This document shows, in pieces, positions 1 to 10,245 of a stretch of 64,000 nucleotides of DNA. Source of the DNA: an uncultured virus (IMG/VR IMGVR_UViG_3300032523_001510) (taxonomy: Duplodnaviria; Heunggongvirae; Uroviricota; Caudoviricetes); IMG/VR virus record IMGVR_UViG_3300032523_001510. One strand, written 5' to 3'. How positions within the stretch are numbered: position 1 is the first letter of the stretch; each line of letters starts with the position of its first letter. A program made the position numbers and the translations under genes. The notes beneath the pieces were generated by a model. The model was not told the DNA's origin, did no database searches, and saw nothing but the letters and a program-made list of their open reading frames with translations.

Positions 1-71
1 TCATCATCCATATCTTCATCATCCATATCTTCATCATCCATATCTTCATCATCCATATCTTCATCATCCAT
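1..71 (-). repeat. 15-bp coding tandem repeat (DMDDE), at least 4.7 copies
   Basis: tcatcatccatatct repeated at 1, 16, 31 and 46, with a partial copy at 61. Confidence 0.95.
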
Positions 72-530
72 GTCATAATGGTCATCATCACCATCCATAT
101 AACCATGCATGTAGCTTTCAGCAGTAGGTTGTTGATTAGTCGTATCAGCAGCTGGAGCATTAGCGTCAGCACCAGTATCTTCGCCTTCACCTTCTGGAGC
201 TTCACCTTCTGGGGTTTCACTTTCAGAACTACCATCCATCATAGCTGCGATTTTCTCAGCTTTTTCTTTATTTGATAATTCGTCATCCTTTAAAATCGAA
301 AGGACTTTTTCTACATTATCGCCAGAAGTTTCTTCGCTTCCAGACTCAGGTGCTACATCAGACTGTCCGTCTGTGGTTTGACCACTTGTATCAGCACTAG
401 TTTCATCGCCCATTTCTTGTGTCGTAGGAGAATTGCTCATTATGCCCATAGATTGTGGTTGTGAGATACCAAGATTAAAACTTGGCATCATGTTCTCATT
501 GAATGTTTTCCAATTTTTATATGATAACAT
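1..530 (-). CDS. Acidic low-complexity protein, truncated at the window edge (not in the ORF track); putative head-internal or scaffold-like protein
   Basis: ATG at 530 on the minus strand reads MLSYKNWKTFNENMMPSFNLG... and stays open to position 1. It ends in (DMDDE)n repeats. Confidence 0.8.
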   Translation of the reverse strand, partial: MLSYKNWKTFNENMMPSFNLGISQPQSMGIMSNSPTTQEMGDETSADTSGQTTDGQSDVAPESGSEETSGDNVEKVLSILKDDELSNKEKAEKIAAMMDGSSESETPEGEAPEGEGEDTGADANAPAADTTNQQPTAESYMHGYMDGDDDHYDMDDEDMDDEDMDDEDMDDEDMDD

Positions 531-696
531 GTTATTTCTGCCTTATACAAATTGTTGACTTATTGTTTTGTGTTATTCGTTGTTTTTTACAAAAAAATAA
601 TGAATAATAAATTACACACAAGAAATTTTTTTTTAAAAATTACCAATAAAATTTCTCATTTGTATATATCCATTTACTTCAAATATTAATCTAATT

Positions 697-1506
697 ATGA
701 AATATTTACCCATAATAACCTTTGCTTTAACTGTTGTTATTTTTGTTTGCTTGTTTGACAATAAATCAAAAAACGAAGAAGATGTCGATGAAGTGAAACA
801 AGTACACAACGAAGATAACGACAATATTATAAAAAAAATCAACAAAAACAGATGTTTAATCAAAAACATTAAAGCAGATCTGTATTATACTTATAATATA
901 AGTTTAAGAATTAACATAAGCACTTCTGGGTTGTTAGCTTATGAAAAAGACAATGATTTCAGACTAATTTTAAATTCTAATTTTAACAAAGAATTCGACA
1001 TGGGAAGTAATTCCGATGGATTTTGGTATTGGAGCAGAAGATCAATAGATAAATCTTTATTTTTTTCAACCTATGAAAATATCAATAAGACAAGGCTGAA
1101 AGATCCATTGAATCCATTGGTTGTAAAGAAGAACCTATGTGTAGACGAATTTCCAGAAGGATCTTTACTTTATCAAAGCGAAAATTTTTATATCATAAAA
1201 AGCAAATTAACATCAATCAATACAAACGAGAACATGATTTACGAATGTAAATTGAACAAAAATGATCTAAGCACAATGTCTACATCTCTTATGGATCAAA
1301 ACGATAAATTGATTTTCAAGTCAAAAACTCTTTCAAATTATGATGTTGACGGACACAAATTGCCAAAAACTATTTCAATATTTTGGCCAGACGAAAAAAT
1401 GAACATTACTTGGGATTTAAATAACATTCAAATAAATACGAAATTGAATAAGGCATTATGGAAAATGCCAAATCATAAAAATAAAATAGACATCGGCAAA
1501 GATTAG
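697..1506 (+). CDS. Membrane-anchored hypothetical protein, possibly LolA-like/lipoprotein-sorting fold
   Basis: N-terminal hydrophobic helix, FDMGSNSDGFWYWSRR motif, and a C-terminal LPKTISIFWP...IQINTKL..ALWKMP typical of LolA-like ends. Confidence 0.5.
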   Translation: MKYLPIITFALTVVIFVCLFDNKSKNEEDVDEVKQVHNEDNDNIIKKINKNRCLIKNIKADLYYTYNISLRINISTSGLLAYEKDNDFRLILNSNFNKEFDMGSNSDGFWYWSRRSIDKSLFFSTYENINKTRLKDPLNPLVVKKNLCVDEFPEGSLLYQSENFYIIKSKLTSINTNENMIYECKLNKNDLSTMSTSLMDQNDKLIFKSKTLSNYDVDGHKLPKTISIFWPDEKMNITWDLNNIQINTKLNKALWKMPNHKNKIDIGKD

Positions 1507-1734
1507 TTATTTACCTAAAGCTCTGCGTATGGCATCTCTTCTTATTTTCTGTGTTTTTCTTTTTTCTGCATCTTCGCCACTAGCACTTCTAGGCTGTGCA
1601 GGGGGCATGAAGTTTTGAGTTTTAGCAGTCAAAGAATTAACTTTTTGAGTAGTCTGCAACATCCCGAGCATTTTGCCGGGAGCTATTGTTGGTCTTCTAG
1701 AACCACCACCATTACCTTTGCATCCGCATCCCAT
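1507..1734 (-). CDS. Small basic protein with MGCGCK N-terminus
   Basis: 75 aa ORF with GAGG RBS upstream; abuts its neighbours. Confidence 0.7.
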   Translation of the reverse strand: MGCGCKGNGGGSRRPTIAPGKMLGMLQTTQKVNSLTAKTQNFMPPAQPRSASGEDAEKRKTQKIRRDAIRRALGK

Positions 1735-1741
1735 AATAACC

Positions 1742-1963
1742 TCACAAAAATTTAAAAGTTTTATTATTTATTGTTTTGGGTTTGTTTTCTACAATTATAT
1801 TTTCTTCTTTTTTGTTTTCTACAATTATATTTTCTTCTTTTTGGATCAAATTGTTTTCTTCTGTTTTTGCCGAAGCTCCGCCACAACCACAAGATCTGCC
1901 ACCAGATTTGATGTGTTTGTTGCTTTCGTCTATAATTAATTTAATCCGTCTAGTATTTGACAT
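1742..1963 (-). CDS. Small hypothetical protein with SCGCGG motif and internal repeat
   Basis: 73 aa ORF with AAGG upstream and an in-frame 30-bp duplication (KEENIIVENK x2). Confidence 0.65.
   Translation of the reverse strand: MSNTRRIKLIIDESNKHIKSGGRSCGCGGASAKTEENNLIQKEENIIVENKKEENIIVENKPKTINNKTFKFL
1781..1840. repeat. Perfect 30-bp tandem duplication (coding)
   Basis: tttgttttctacaattatattttcttcttt at 1781 and 1811. Confidence 0.95.
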
Positions 1964-1985
1964 ACCTTATTTATTGCAGGCAAAC

Positions 1986-3518
1986 ATGTTTACAGAAGAA
2001 GAAACCTTAAAATTAATCGAAAATTCAAAAAAACTAGCATTTGATAAACTTAAAAACAATGAATATAAATTTGTAAAAACTATATGTAATCAATTATTAA
2101 AAGTGTCTCTGGATGATACGGATGCATATCAATTCCTAGGCATATGTGAATTTAGAGAGGGTAATTTTGAAGAAGCAAAGGCTCACTTTAGTAAAATATT
2201 AAAAATCAAGAAAGACGAGAAAGATGTTGAAAACATAAACAATATTGCTCTTTGTTACGGAAATCTTGGTGATCACAAGACGGCCATCAAATATCTCGAA
2301 AAATGCAGAAAAAATGTGCAAAACAATGAGCATCTTGATTCTAATCTTTTAATGCAATATAGATTTGCTGGTAAAACCAAAAAAGCAATTAAATTACTAA
2401 ATGACAAAATAGAAAAAGACCCAAACAGTGTAAAAGACTTGGCTTTTTTAGGTGGGTGTTACGCAGAGGCTATTAATTATAAAAAAGCATGCAAATATCT
2501 CAACAGAGCATTGGAAATAGATCCAGATTTCGATTTCGCAAAAATTGATTTAGCCAGTATATATCAATTTTCAAACCAAAGCGAAAAGGCTTGGCCTTTA
2601 TACGAAGCTAGATTTAAAGTTTACGATCAATGCAAATATTGGAAAGGTCTTTTTGATGAAAAAAAAGAATGGAATGGAACAGATGATTTGTCTGGAAAAA
2701 GAATTATCTTACATTCTGAACAGGGATCTGGCGACATCATACATTTTGTAAGATATGTCAAAATGATACGATCAATGGGAGCAACAGTTATACTTCACTG
2801 TTGGGACTCTATGAAAGATCTGTTATCTCACTTAGCAGATGAATTGTATTTAACTGAACCTGTTATAAGATTGCCATTAATTCACGGCAAGCCTACATTG
2901 CCAGAATATGATTATTTTGCAGCCATAATGTCTTTACCGTATCTTTTAAAAACAAAAGAGATACCAAATCCACCATACATTTTCGCAAATAAAAGACTTG
3001 ATTTTTCATCGTATAGTGAGTTTTTTAAAATTGGAATTTGTTGGGCTGGTACGCCAGCACATCCAAATGACTTCCACAGATCTGTAAAATTAGAGTTATT
3101 TCGTGATATATCTAATTTGCCATCTGTAAAGTTGTTTTCGTTGACAAAAGACACTAGGCCAAGAAAGCACAAGTTTCAAAAAGAGGAAGTCGATCTTGCG
3201 GAAAACGCACAAGACATGTCGATTGTCGATATGGCAGAATTTATGAATTCATATGATGATACTGCGTCTATAATTTCAGAAATGGACTTAGTCATTGCTG
3301 TCGACACTTCTGTTTTGCATATCGCAGGAGCATTAAATCATCAAACTTTAGCTATAATACCTCAAAATCCAGACTGGAGATGGGGAAACGAAGGAGATAA
3401 AAGTAAATGGTATCCAAGCATAAAAATGTTCAGAAAAGAAAATAAAAATTCATGGGAAAAAACTTTCAACGATATAAAAGAAGAAGTAATAAAGAGAATG
3501 GATGAAAAATTAAATTAA
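1986..3518 (+). CDS. TPR-repeat protein with C-terminal GT-B (GT9-like) glycosyltransferase domain
   Basis: TPR helices, then EQGSGDIIHFVRY, KIGICWAG, DLVIAVDTSVLHIAGAL and DWRW motifs. Start moved to MFTEEE (1986) to avoid overlap with the minus-strand ORF. Confidence 0.85.
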   Translation: MFTEEETLKLIENSKKLAFDKLKNNEYKFVKTICNQLLKVSLDDTDAYQFLGICEFREGNFEEAKAHFSKILKIKKDEKDVENINNIALCYGNLGDHKTAIKYLEKCRKNVQNNEHLDSNLLMQYRFAGKTKKAIKLLNDKIEKDPNSVKDLAFLGGCYAEAINYKKACKYLNRALEIDPDFDFAKIDLASIYQFSNQSEKAWPLYEARFKVYDQCKYWKGLFDEKKEWNGTDDLSGKRIILHSEQGSGDIIHFVRYVKMIRSMGATVILHCWDSMKDLLSHLADELYLTEPVIRLPLIHGKPTLPEYDYFAAIMSLPYLLKTKEIPNPPYIFANKRLDFSSYSEFFKIGICWAGTPAHPNDFHRSVKLELFRDISNLPSVKLFSLTKDTRPRKHKFQKEEVDLAENAQDMSIVDMAEFMNSYDDTASIISEMDLVIAVDTSVLHIAGALNHQTLAIIPQNPDWRWGNEGDKSKWYPSIKMFRKENKNSWEKTFNDIKEEVIKRMDEKLN

Positions 3519-4085
3519 TTTCTTTCCTTTAAACATCTTGTAGTTTTTTATTTTAGTTTTTTCGAAACTTTCTATTTCTTCCAATAATTCTTTTTTTGTA
3601 TATTTCAAAACAAGAAACAGATTACTGTTTAAAACTTTGAAAACATCAAATAAATCAGATATAGCATTTTTTATTTTCAATAATTTTTTGTCATACAAAA
3701 CTTCGTGATCGATATCAATCGCCCAAAAATCACATTCTGAGTTGTATGTTAAAAAAGGGAATGAATTGCCAACGGTGTACAAATTTTTTAAAATACTTTT
3801 CATGTCTTTTTTATTATTGACCATCAAAAGTTCGAATATCTTGCAGAACGAAAACAAAAAAATTTGATTCTCTTTGAGGTGACATTTGTTACGTAAACAA
3901 AAAGTACATAGAAAATAATCTTGATAAGTTTGTTTGTAGATTTCTATGTTTTTAGTTAAAAAACAGAACCTACACCCACAGAAACCACAAATTGAAAACA
4001 ATTTTTCACTCAGATGCTCGGATGCTTCTTTGTTTTTCTTCAGAGACAAGATATTTTTCATCATTTTTTTCATATGTACGCACAT
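3510..4085 (-). CDS. Hypothetical protein with CxxC...CxxC motifs
   Basis: CGFC and CTFC pairs; start uncertain. Confidence 0.6.
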   Translation of the reverse strand: MCVHMKKMMKNILSLKKNKEASEHLSEKLFSICGFCGCRFCFLTKNIEIYKQTYQDYFLCTFCLRNKCHLKENQIFLFSFCKIFELLMVNNKKDMKSILKNLYTVGNSFPFLTYNSECDFWAIDIDHEVLYDKKLLKIKNAISDLFDVFKVLNSNLFLVLKYTKKELLEEIESFEKTKIKNYKMFKGKKLI

Positions 4086-4137
4086 TATTTGTCTATATAA
4101 TTAAGTTATTATAAAAATTTTATTTGGATTTATTGCG

Positions 4138-5175
4138 ATGAAAAATGAAAAATTAATTTCACAAAGAATAAAAGATGCTTTTAAGAACAAAATTTCGACC
4201 ATAAAGAAAAGACTTGAAAGAAAAATCAATCCAACAAAAAAACCTATAATTGAAAAAAAAAATCTCGATAAGACTCCTAAAAAAAGATTAGATAATCCTT
4301 ATTTGCATTCGATAGAAGGTAAAAAAACTAGACTTAAATTGCCAAAAGAAGGGGCTTTTAATGGAAGCATATTAGAAATAGAAGACAAAATATTATGTGT
4401 ATATCGAGAAGATGAAAAAAAATTCATAGCATGTTTTTTGAACAAAGACCACAAAGCAATACACAATTCTTTTTACAAATTAAATTTAGATTGTGTCACA
4501 GACCCAAGACTAATAACGACCCCAGACAAAAAGGTATTACTTTCATATTCTAAAATACCTTTCGAGAACAGAGAAGTTATAGCTGCTAATATTATTATGG
4601 ATTTAAATGTATCTAAAAATAATTTTTTTATCAACAAAGAAATAAAAGTGAGTCCGCCAAATCTTAGTGATCGTCAAAAAAATTGGGTTCCATTTATTTA
4701 TGATAGTAAGACATTTTTTGTTGCGAATGTATGTCCACATGAAATTTACGAAATAGATGTTACTGGAGAAAAAGAATCCATACTTAAATACAGAACAGAA
4801 TGGAAACATCCTTGGTTTAACAACGAGCAACTAAGAGGCAGTACAAACCCAGTATTGCTTGCAGATGGTAATTACTTATCGACATTTCACACCGCTGTAA
4901 AGATAAAAGGAACATATTATTACGACAATGGTTTTTATATATTTGAAGGTAAGCCACCGTTTAAGCCCATTTTTTGTGCTACAAAAACTTATCTTCGTGC
5001 AGAAGACGCAAGCGAACCATATTTTAGAAAACATAATCAAATATTATGTACATTCCCTGTCGGTATGATAATCGATAAAGAAAAAATTTGTATTAGCTAC
5101 GGAGACAATGATTCTTGTGTTAAGATTTTAGAAACAAACTTAAAAAACGCTTACGAAACTATGGTGAAATTATGA
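4138..5175 (+). CDS. Beta-propeller glycoside hydrolase/phosphorylase-like protein (GH43/GH130-like fold)
   Basis: FNGSI, TDPRL, QKNWVPF, LRGST, FPVG and SYGDND motifs. Confidence 0.65.
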   Translation: MKNEKLISQRIKDAFKNKISTIKKRLERKINPTKKPIIEKKNLDKTPKKRLDNPYLHSIEGKKTRLKLPKEGAFNGSILEIEDKILCVYREDEKKFIACFLNKDHKAIHNSFYKLNLDCVTDPRLITTPDKKVLLSYSKIPFENREVIAANIIMDLNVSKNNFFINKEIKVSPPNLSDRQKNWVPFIYDSKTFFVANVCPHEIYEIDVTGEKESILKYRTEWKHPWFNNEQLRGSTNPVLLADGNYLSTFHTAVKIKGTYYYDNGFYIFEGKPPFKPIFCATKTYLRAEDASEPYFRKHNQILCTFPVGMIIDKEKICISYGDNDSCVKILETNLKNAYETMVKL

Positions 5176-6254
5176 TATATGTTACAAAACCATATCTTCC
5201 AGATATTGATAAATTCTATGAAAAAATAAAACAAATATGGGAATCGAATCATTTGACCAACGATGGTCCGCTTAATAAAGTTTTAGAAAAAAAATTAGCA
5301 AATTATTTAGATATCGAAGATTTATGTTTAATAAACAATTGCACTAATGGATTGTTAATGTGTCTTAATGAATTTGAACCAGATGATGAAATCATAACAA
5401 CACCATTTTCTTTTATAGCCACAACATCGTCAATTGTTTGGTCAAAATTAAAACCTGTTTTTTGTGATATAGACAAAGATTTTCTTTTCATAGATGTCGA
5501 TCTTATAAGACGACTGATAACTCCAAAAACCAAAGCTATTTTGACAACTCATGTTTTCGGAAACACTGGAAACATCGACGAGCTAGAAGCTATTTGCAAA
5601 GAGAAAAACATAAGACTTATTTTTGACGCTGCTCATGCATTTGGTGTTAAATATAAAGGCAAATCAATTTTAGAATATGGAGACATGTCAGTTTTAAGTT
5701 TTCATGCAACAAAATTGTATCACACTATCGAAGGCGGAGCGATTTATTGCAATGACAAAATATTTATGAAAAAAATGAAAGCCACAAGGAACTTCGGGTA
5801 CGAAAACTATGAGATAAAAGAGTTGGGAATTAATTCTAAGATGTCTGAATTTCATTCCGCCATGGGATTGTGCAATCTAGAAGAAATAGATTCGATTCTT
5901 TTAAACAGAAAGAAATGTTGTGAGATGTATGATGAATCCCTTGCTTGTTTGTTTGACAAGGGCCATATATCTAAGCCTGTTATAAATCCAAACATTGAAT
6001 GGAATTATTCTTATTATTCAATATTGTTCAATAAAGAATCTGAATTACTTGCAGTAATGGAAGCTATGAAAAGTGTTAATGTTTTTCCTAGAAGATATTT
6101 TTATCCTTCTCTTAACAACATAGGATACGCAAATGGCGAAATAATGGAAGTATCAGAAAGTGTATCAAAAAGAATAATTTGTCTTCCGCTTTATTATAAT
6201 TTAGGCGAAGAAAACACAAAGATGATCAGCGATATATTGCTTAGATTTTTTTGA
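5172..6254 (+). CDS. DegT/DnrJ/EryC1/StrS PLP-dependent sugar aminotransferase (VioA-like)
   Basis: TTPFSFIAT, IFDAAHAFG, SFHATK (PLP lysine), EGGA, GINSKMSE and RRYFYP motifs. Confidence 0.95.
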   Translation: MIYVTKPYLPDIDKFYEKIKQIWESNHLTNDGPLNKVLEKKLANYLDIEDLCLINNCTNGLLMCLNEFEPDDEIITTPFSFIATTSSIVWSKLKPVFCDIDKDFLFIDVDLIRRLITPKTKAILTTHVFGNTGNIDELEAICKEKNIRLIFDAAHAFGVKYKGKSILEYGDMSVLSFHATKLYHTIEGGAIYCNDKIFMKKMKATRNFGYENYEIKELGINSKMSEFHSAMGLCNLEEIDSILLNRKKCCEMYDESLACLFDKGHISKPVINPNIEWNYSYYSILFNKESELLAVMEAMKSVNVFPRRYFYPSLNNIGYANGEIMEVSESVSKRIICLPLYYNLGEENTKMISDILLRFF

Positions 6255-6870
6255 CGATTGCCTTCCTGTAATTATTAAGTCTAACTTCACAGTAATCGTG
6301 GAAAACTTCAATAAAATGATCAATAGCCATTTGAGGTCTTAAAGTTTCAGCAATATCAGGCATCCACAAATAATCATCAAATATCATGATCCCATTGTTT
6401 TTAAGTAAATTCCAAGACATAACAGCATCCATCAACACAAACGGAGCAACATGATTGCCATCAATGTAAATAACATCATATTCCTTGTCTTCGAAAATTA
6501 ACGATGGAAGTATTTTATTAGACATGCCTTGTTTTACTAAAACCTGATTTTTTTTTCCAGTAACTTCAATATTGTTTAGAAACACATCTTTTATTTTTCT
6601 TGTTTTGAATTTACACGAAGCATTAGAAGACCCATAAGATCCCATGCTGTTTGCATCTTGAGAATAGTCATCCCAAGGATCAACGCAGGTTATAGTTGAT
6701 TTCTCGTTATTTAAAAAATTTTCTACAAACCAAACAGTACTCATGCCTTCGTATGATCCTATTTCTAGGATATGAATTTCATCATTTGTTTTATACGGTA
6801 AAATATTACAAAGATCCTTTTTTTGACTCTCATCCGAATCAAACCAATTTGCAGTAAAATTATAATTCAC
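6241..6870 (-). CDS. Class I SAM-dependent methyltransferase (Methyltransf_24-like)
   Basis: ILEIGSYEGMS, YDVIYIDGNH and GIMIFDDY motifs. Confidence 0.9.
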   Translation of the reverse strand: MNYNFTANWFDSDESQKKDLCNILPYKTNDEIHILEIGSYEGMSTVWFVENFLNNEKSTITCVDPWDDYSQDANSMGSYGSSNASCKFKTRKIKDVFLNNIEVTGKKNQVLVKQGMSNKILPSLIFEDKEYDVIYIDGNHVAPFVLMDAVMSWNLLKNNGIMIFDDYLWMPDIAETLRPQMAIDHFIEVFHDYCEVRLNNYRKAIVKKI

Positions 6871-8075
6871 ATTTCCTCTTTTAAAAATTCTTCATTGTAC
6901 CAAGATTCATTTAAAATTTTCACTTTTTCTTCAAAGGTTTTATTTGTTAAACACCTATCGATAGAAATTAAATTTCTACCTAATTTATGCTCGTTGTTTC
7001 CAATTCCAATCAAAGATTTAACTCTGGCATTCGGAGATTTTTCATACCAATGAGGTGTTTCACCGATAATCTTACAACTATTACATTGAAACCCTATAGT
7101 TGAATTTTTCACATCTAATGATTCGCTTTTGTTGTTTTCAACAAATTCTTTTGAATATTTAGTTTCATATAATTTTGTAAATTCTTTTTTTTGTATTTTG
7201 TCTACAACATATTCAACAAATTTCTTGTCGTTCATTTGACTTGTATGTACAAAACAACATTCTTTGTAAGAATCGTTTGTTTTATAAGTTAGAGCGACAT
7301 TAGATCCTCCTAAGTTGCAACCTCTATTGTGCATAACTCTCGTCATAACATTTTTAATCATTGGGATTTCTATGTTTTTTTTGTTTCTTTTATGAAGCTC
7401 TTCGAGCCTAGTGTTTAAATCTAAATCAGCATAATGCCTTGTGTTGGTGGCGACTTCGTCTATGCCATTAACTAACATCCACAAATCTTTATTGATACAA
7501 TAATGACCCCAACAACTATTGTGAAATGTTTTAACAAATGAAATTTCATGTTTAATTTTTGGAAAAATTCCATTTTTATATAATCTTTCTGCATCTTTTA
7601 TATTTATATCAATTGTGCTTTTTTGATAATGACTTTTGCCCCCATCAGACCCAGCAACAGAAAATGTGTCTTTGTATAAAACTTGCCAATTAAAACCAAC
7701 GAAATCATATTTATTAAATTGCAAAAGCAAATCAACGATTGAATGATGACAAAATCTCCAATCTTGAAATGTGACTATTTTATTAGAATTTGCCATCAAA
7801 ACAGCATTGTTAAAAATACAGTAATCAAAAATTTTTGGGGTTATCGTATTTGAAACATAAGGAAAGTGAACAACACTATAATTTAATTTTTTAACAAATT
7901 CAGAAATCCAATTTCTTTTAGGGTAATGAGGATCTGGTATGATTATTTCGAAATACTTGTTTGTTTGATTGTTTAGATTCAATAATTGCGACTTCATGAG
8001 ATCGTCATCACCAATCAAATAAAAAGGAGCCATTACGAAGCTAAAAATAGGTTTCTTTATTTGATGGTTTGTCAT
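6867..8075 (-). CDS. GT-A fold glycosyltransferase-like protein
   Basis: QTNKYFEIII, VTFQD and VNGIDE...DLDLNTRL resemble GT2/GT7. Start moved to MTNHQ (8075). Confidence 0.6.
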   Translation of the reverse strand: MTNHQIKKPIFSFVMAPFYLIGDDDLMKSQLLNLNNQTNKYFEIIIPDPHYPKRNWISEFVKKLNYSVVHFPYVSNTITPKIFDYCIFNNAVLMANSNKIVTFQDWRFCHHSIVDLLLQFNKYDFVGFNWQVLYKDTFSVAGSDGGKSHYQKSTIDINIKDAERLYKNGIFPKIKHEISFVKTFHNSCWGHYCINKDLWMLVNGIDEVATNTRHYADLDLNTRLEELHKRNKKNIEIPMIKNVMTRVMHNRGCNLGGSNVALTYKTNDSYKECCFVHTSQMNDKKFVEYVVDKIQKKEFTKLYETKYSKEFVENNKSESLDVKNSTIGFQCNSCKIIGETPHWYEKSPNARVKSLIGIGNNEHKLGRNLISIDRCLTNKTFEEKVKILNESWYNEEFLKEEM

Positions 8076-8653
8076 TTTATTTTTCTCGCTGGTGTTCCAA
8101 CGAAAACTCCAGATTGATTTATATCTCTGATAACTCCAGAATTTAGACCGAAAAAAACATTGTCGCAAATACTTATTTTCTCTTTTACGACTGAATTGCT
8201 TCCAATATAAACACATTCTCCTATATTGCAACTGCCACCCACAATGGCTCCCGGCATCATGCTAAGATAGTCTTTTGCGACAACATCATGACCAATTCCA
8301 TTCGTTCTGTTTAAAATCGTATGCTTGCCCAATGTAACATTAGTTGTAATTATAGAATAAGGACCAACATAAGATCCTTCTCCTATTTCAACATTTGAAC
8401 CTATGATTGCCGTTGAGTGTATAAAAGAAAAATACTTAATGCCGTTTAATCTTTGAGATATTTCTTTTCTAATATAAGAATCTCCGATGGCAATCATTAT
8501 CTCGTATTCATCCTTGTTTATTGCTGAAATTGGCAATGCGATATCATTGGCATATTCATCATCAACAAAAAATGTTACAGGTTGCGATATAAAAGATGCC
8601 ACCTCTAAAGCGTGTCCGCCGTATCCAAAAAGTGCCTTTTTTATTTTTTCCAT
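8072..8653 (-). CDS. NeuD/PglD-like sugar acetyltransferase (hexapeptide repeat)
   Basis: GYGGHA, IAIGD, IHSTA, left-handed beta-helix repeats, IGHD and VGTPAR motifs. Confidence 0.9.
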   Translation of the reverse strand: MEKIKKALFGYGGHALEVASFISQPVTFFVDDEYANDIALPISAINKDEYEIMIAIGDSYIRKEISQRLNGIKYFSFIHSTAIIGSNVEIGEGSYVGPYSIITTNVTLGKHTILNRTNGIGHDVVAKDYLSMMPGAIVGGSCNIGECVYIGSNSVVKEKISICDNVFFGLNSGVIRDINQSGVFVGTPARKIK

Positions 8654-8683
8654 GATATATATATTTAACTTTTAGGAGCATTA

Positions 8684-9454
8684 ATGAAAAAAATATTATC
8701 TTTATTCTCTTTGACTCCAGAAAATGTAGGAGACATGGCTTGCAGCTGGGGCAATCAATACGAAAGTTTCAATGTAGTAAAATCAAAAAATCCATATGAC
8801 TCTATAATTTCATCGAATCAAAATGTAACATTTGGACACATAAATGATTTTCGTGAAGACTACAACGATTTCGATTTAGTCGTGATAGGAGGAGGATGCA
8901 TCGTAAACTCGTCTCATGAAAATGGAATATGGCGAGCAATTAATTCATCTAAAAATTGCATGATAAGATCTGTTGGTGTAAAAGATTGGGATATTGCCAA
9001 TAAATTACGAGATAGACTTAAAAATAATTTCACTATAAGACATACAGTAGAAGGATTTGTTTACGAAAGTTGTCCTTCTTTGGTTGAAGTGGAAAAATAC
9101 AAAGTGACGCAAGGAATAAATAGAAACATAGAAAAAACAAAAGAATTATTATTTGCTTGTCATCAAAACAACAAAGAAGAAATTGAAATTTTACAAAACA
9201 AAGGATTTGATGTCATTGTCAATGATTGCAATATAGATCATGCATTTGAAAAAATATCTAAAGCAAAAAAAGTCGTAACTTCTTCGTATCATTTTTTATT
9301 GTGGGCAGATGCCTTTGGATGCGAGGTCGAATTGTTCTCCAAAGATGAAAACACAGATCAAAACAAATTACCAATCGATTCGGATATGCGTAAATTCATC
9401 AATATACCGATTAAATACAATTTAATTGATATTCAAAAATATATTAAATATTAA
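8684..9454 (+). CDS. Polysaccharide pyruvyl transferase-like protein
   Basis: NVGD, VIGGG and VVTSSYH...ADAFG motifs. Confidence 0.65.
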   Translation: MKKILSLFSLTPENVGDMACSWGNQYESFNVVKSKNPYDSIISSNQNVTFGHINDFREDYNDFDLVVIGGGCIVNSSHENGIWRAINSSKNCMIRSVGVKDWDIANKLRDRLKNNFTIRHTVEGFVYESCPSLVEVEKYKVTQGINRNIEKTKELLFACHQNNKEEIEILQNKGFDVIVNDCNIDHAFEKISKAKKVVTSSYHFLLWADAFGCEVELFSKDENTDQNKLPIDSDMRKFINIPIKYNLIDIQKYIKY

Positions 9455-9520
9455 TATTTTTAGCAAAAAAATAAGGTTTAGCAATAAATAGATAAAAGCA
9501 ACAAATTGTTGTGCTTTACA

Positions 9521-9528
9521 CTATATAA
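9521..9528 (+). promoter_or_regulatory. Putative late promoter CTATATAA (also at 4093, 17693, 43784, 51800)
   Basis: The identical octamer recurs in intergenic DNA upstream of genes and resembles T4 late TATAAATA. A gp55-like sigma is in the window. Confidence 0.5.
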
Positions 9529-9562
9529 ATTAAGTACCAACTGTATTTAAAGGAATGTCACT

Positions 9563-9787
9563 ATGAAATCATTCATCGATTACTGTTCTAAAACAAAAAA
9601 AGAATTACCAATTTATTCCGTTGAAGAAAGCGGAGCAACTCGTAGAGGTGGAATTGCTCATTGGGCATACCCTGATGGCTATATTAGATCACAATATCCA
9701 GCGCTTTATTTTATGCCAACAGCAGCTGATGCTTTGCATAAAATGGGATCTAAAGTTGACGATAAAAAAGTAGATCGCAGAGGTTAA
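9563..9787 (+). CDS. Small hypothetical protein with capsid-targeting-like N-terminus
   Basis: AAGGA RBS, begins MKSFIDY, has its own promoter motif and terminator. Confidence 0.8.
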   Translation: MKSFIDYCSKTKKELPIYSVEESGATRRGGIAHWAYPDGYIRSQYPALYFMPTAADALHKMGSKVDDKKVDRRG

Positions 9788-9798
9788 TATCGCCCAAC

Positions 9799-9838
9799 AA
9801 AAAAACCATATTCGTGAAGTCACGAATATGGTTTTTTT
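9799..9838. terminator. Bidirectional intrinsic terminator
   Basis: 19-bp perfect inverted repeat aaaaaaaccatattcgtga / tcacgaatatggttttttt between convergent genes. Confidence 0.9.
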
Positions 9839-9842
9839 CTAA

Positions 9843-10193
9843 TTATGGATCTATTGCTTTTCTTATTCTCATATTATGGTCTCTTTGGACCAAAGAAACA
9901 TCATCAATGATGCTTCTTAACATTTCTGGAACTCGTTCCCAATAAGCCCATTGATCATCATTGTTTGGATTTTTAAACACCATGTTTCTTTTAACATACT
10001 TGTTTATAATTTCTTCGACTCTCTTTTGTGTCAACACAGATTCTTTCGCCAAAGCAGCTGTACTTCTCCATTGCCACTTTGAATTTCTCGCCAAAGCTAT
10101 GAAGAATGCTTGCTCTTGATCCCCTTCGTCTGTACCTTGAGGATAAACATCTGTCCATTTTTTTAATTTAATTTTCGCCATATTGACCTCCAA
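9843..10193 (-). CDS. Hypothetical protein, possible winged-HTH
   Basis: WRSTAALAKESVLTQKRVEEII helix pattern. GGAGG precedes MAKIK, so the real start is probably 10181. Confidence 0.7.
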   Translation of the reverse strand: MEVNMAKIKLKKWTDVYPQGTDEGDQEQAFFIALARNSKWQWRSTAALAKESVLTQKRVEEIINKYVKRNMVFKNPNNDDQWAYWERVPEMLRSIIDDVSLVQRDHNMRIRKAIDP

Positions 10194-10245
10194 ATTAAAT
10201 TTAGTAACTATTATATTTATAGTTATCTAAATTAAAGGAAAAATT

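Noticed and set aside
1..71. 15-bp repeat array as a possible CRISPR or non-coding array
   Set aside because: There are no spacers, and the in-frame units encode DMDDE within the minus-strand ORF. The repeats at 1781, 16655, 28676 and 43555 are likewise coding.
1776..1985. N-terminal extension of the TPR-GT ORF
   Set aside because: It is the antisense shadow of 1742..1963. The ATG at 1986 is the better start.
8076..8231. N-terminal extension of ORF 6867..8231
   Set aside because: It overlaps the acetyltransferase in another frame. The coupled start at 8075 fits better.
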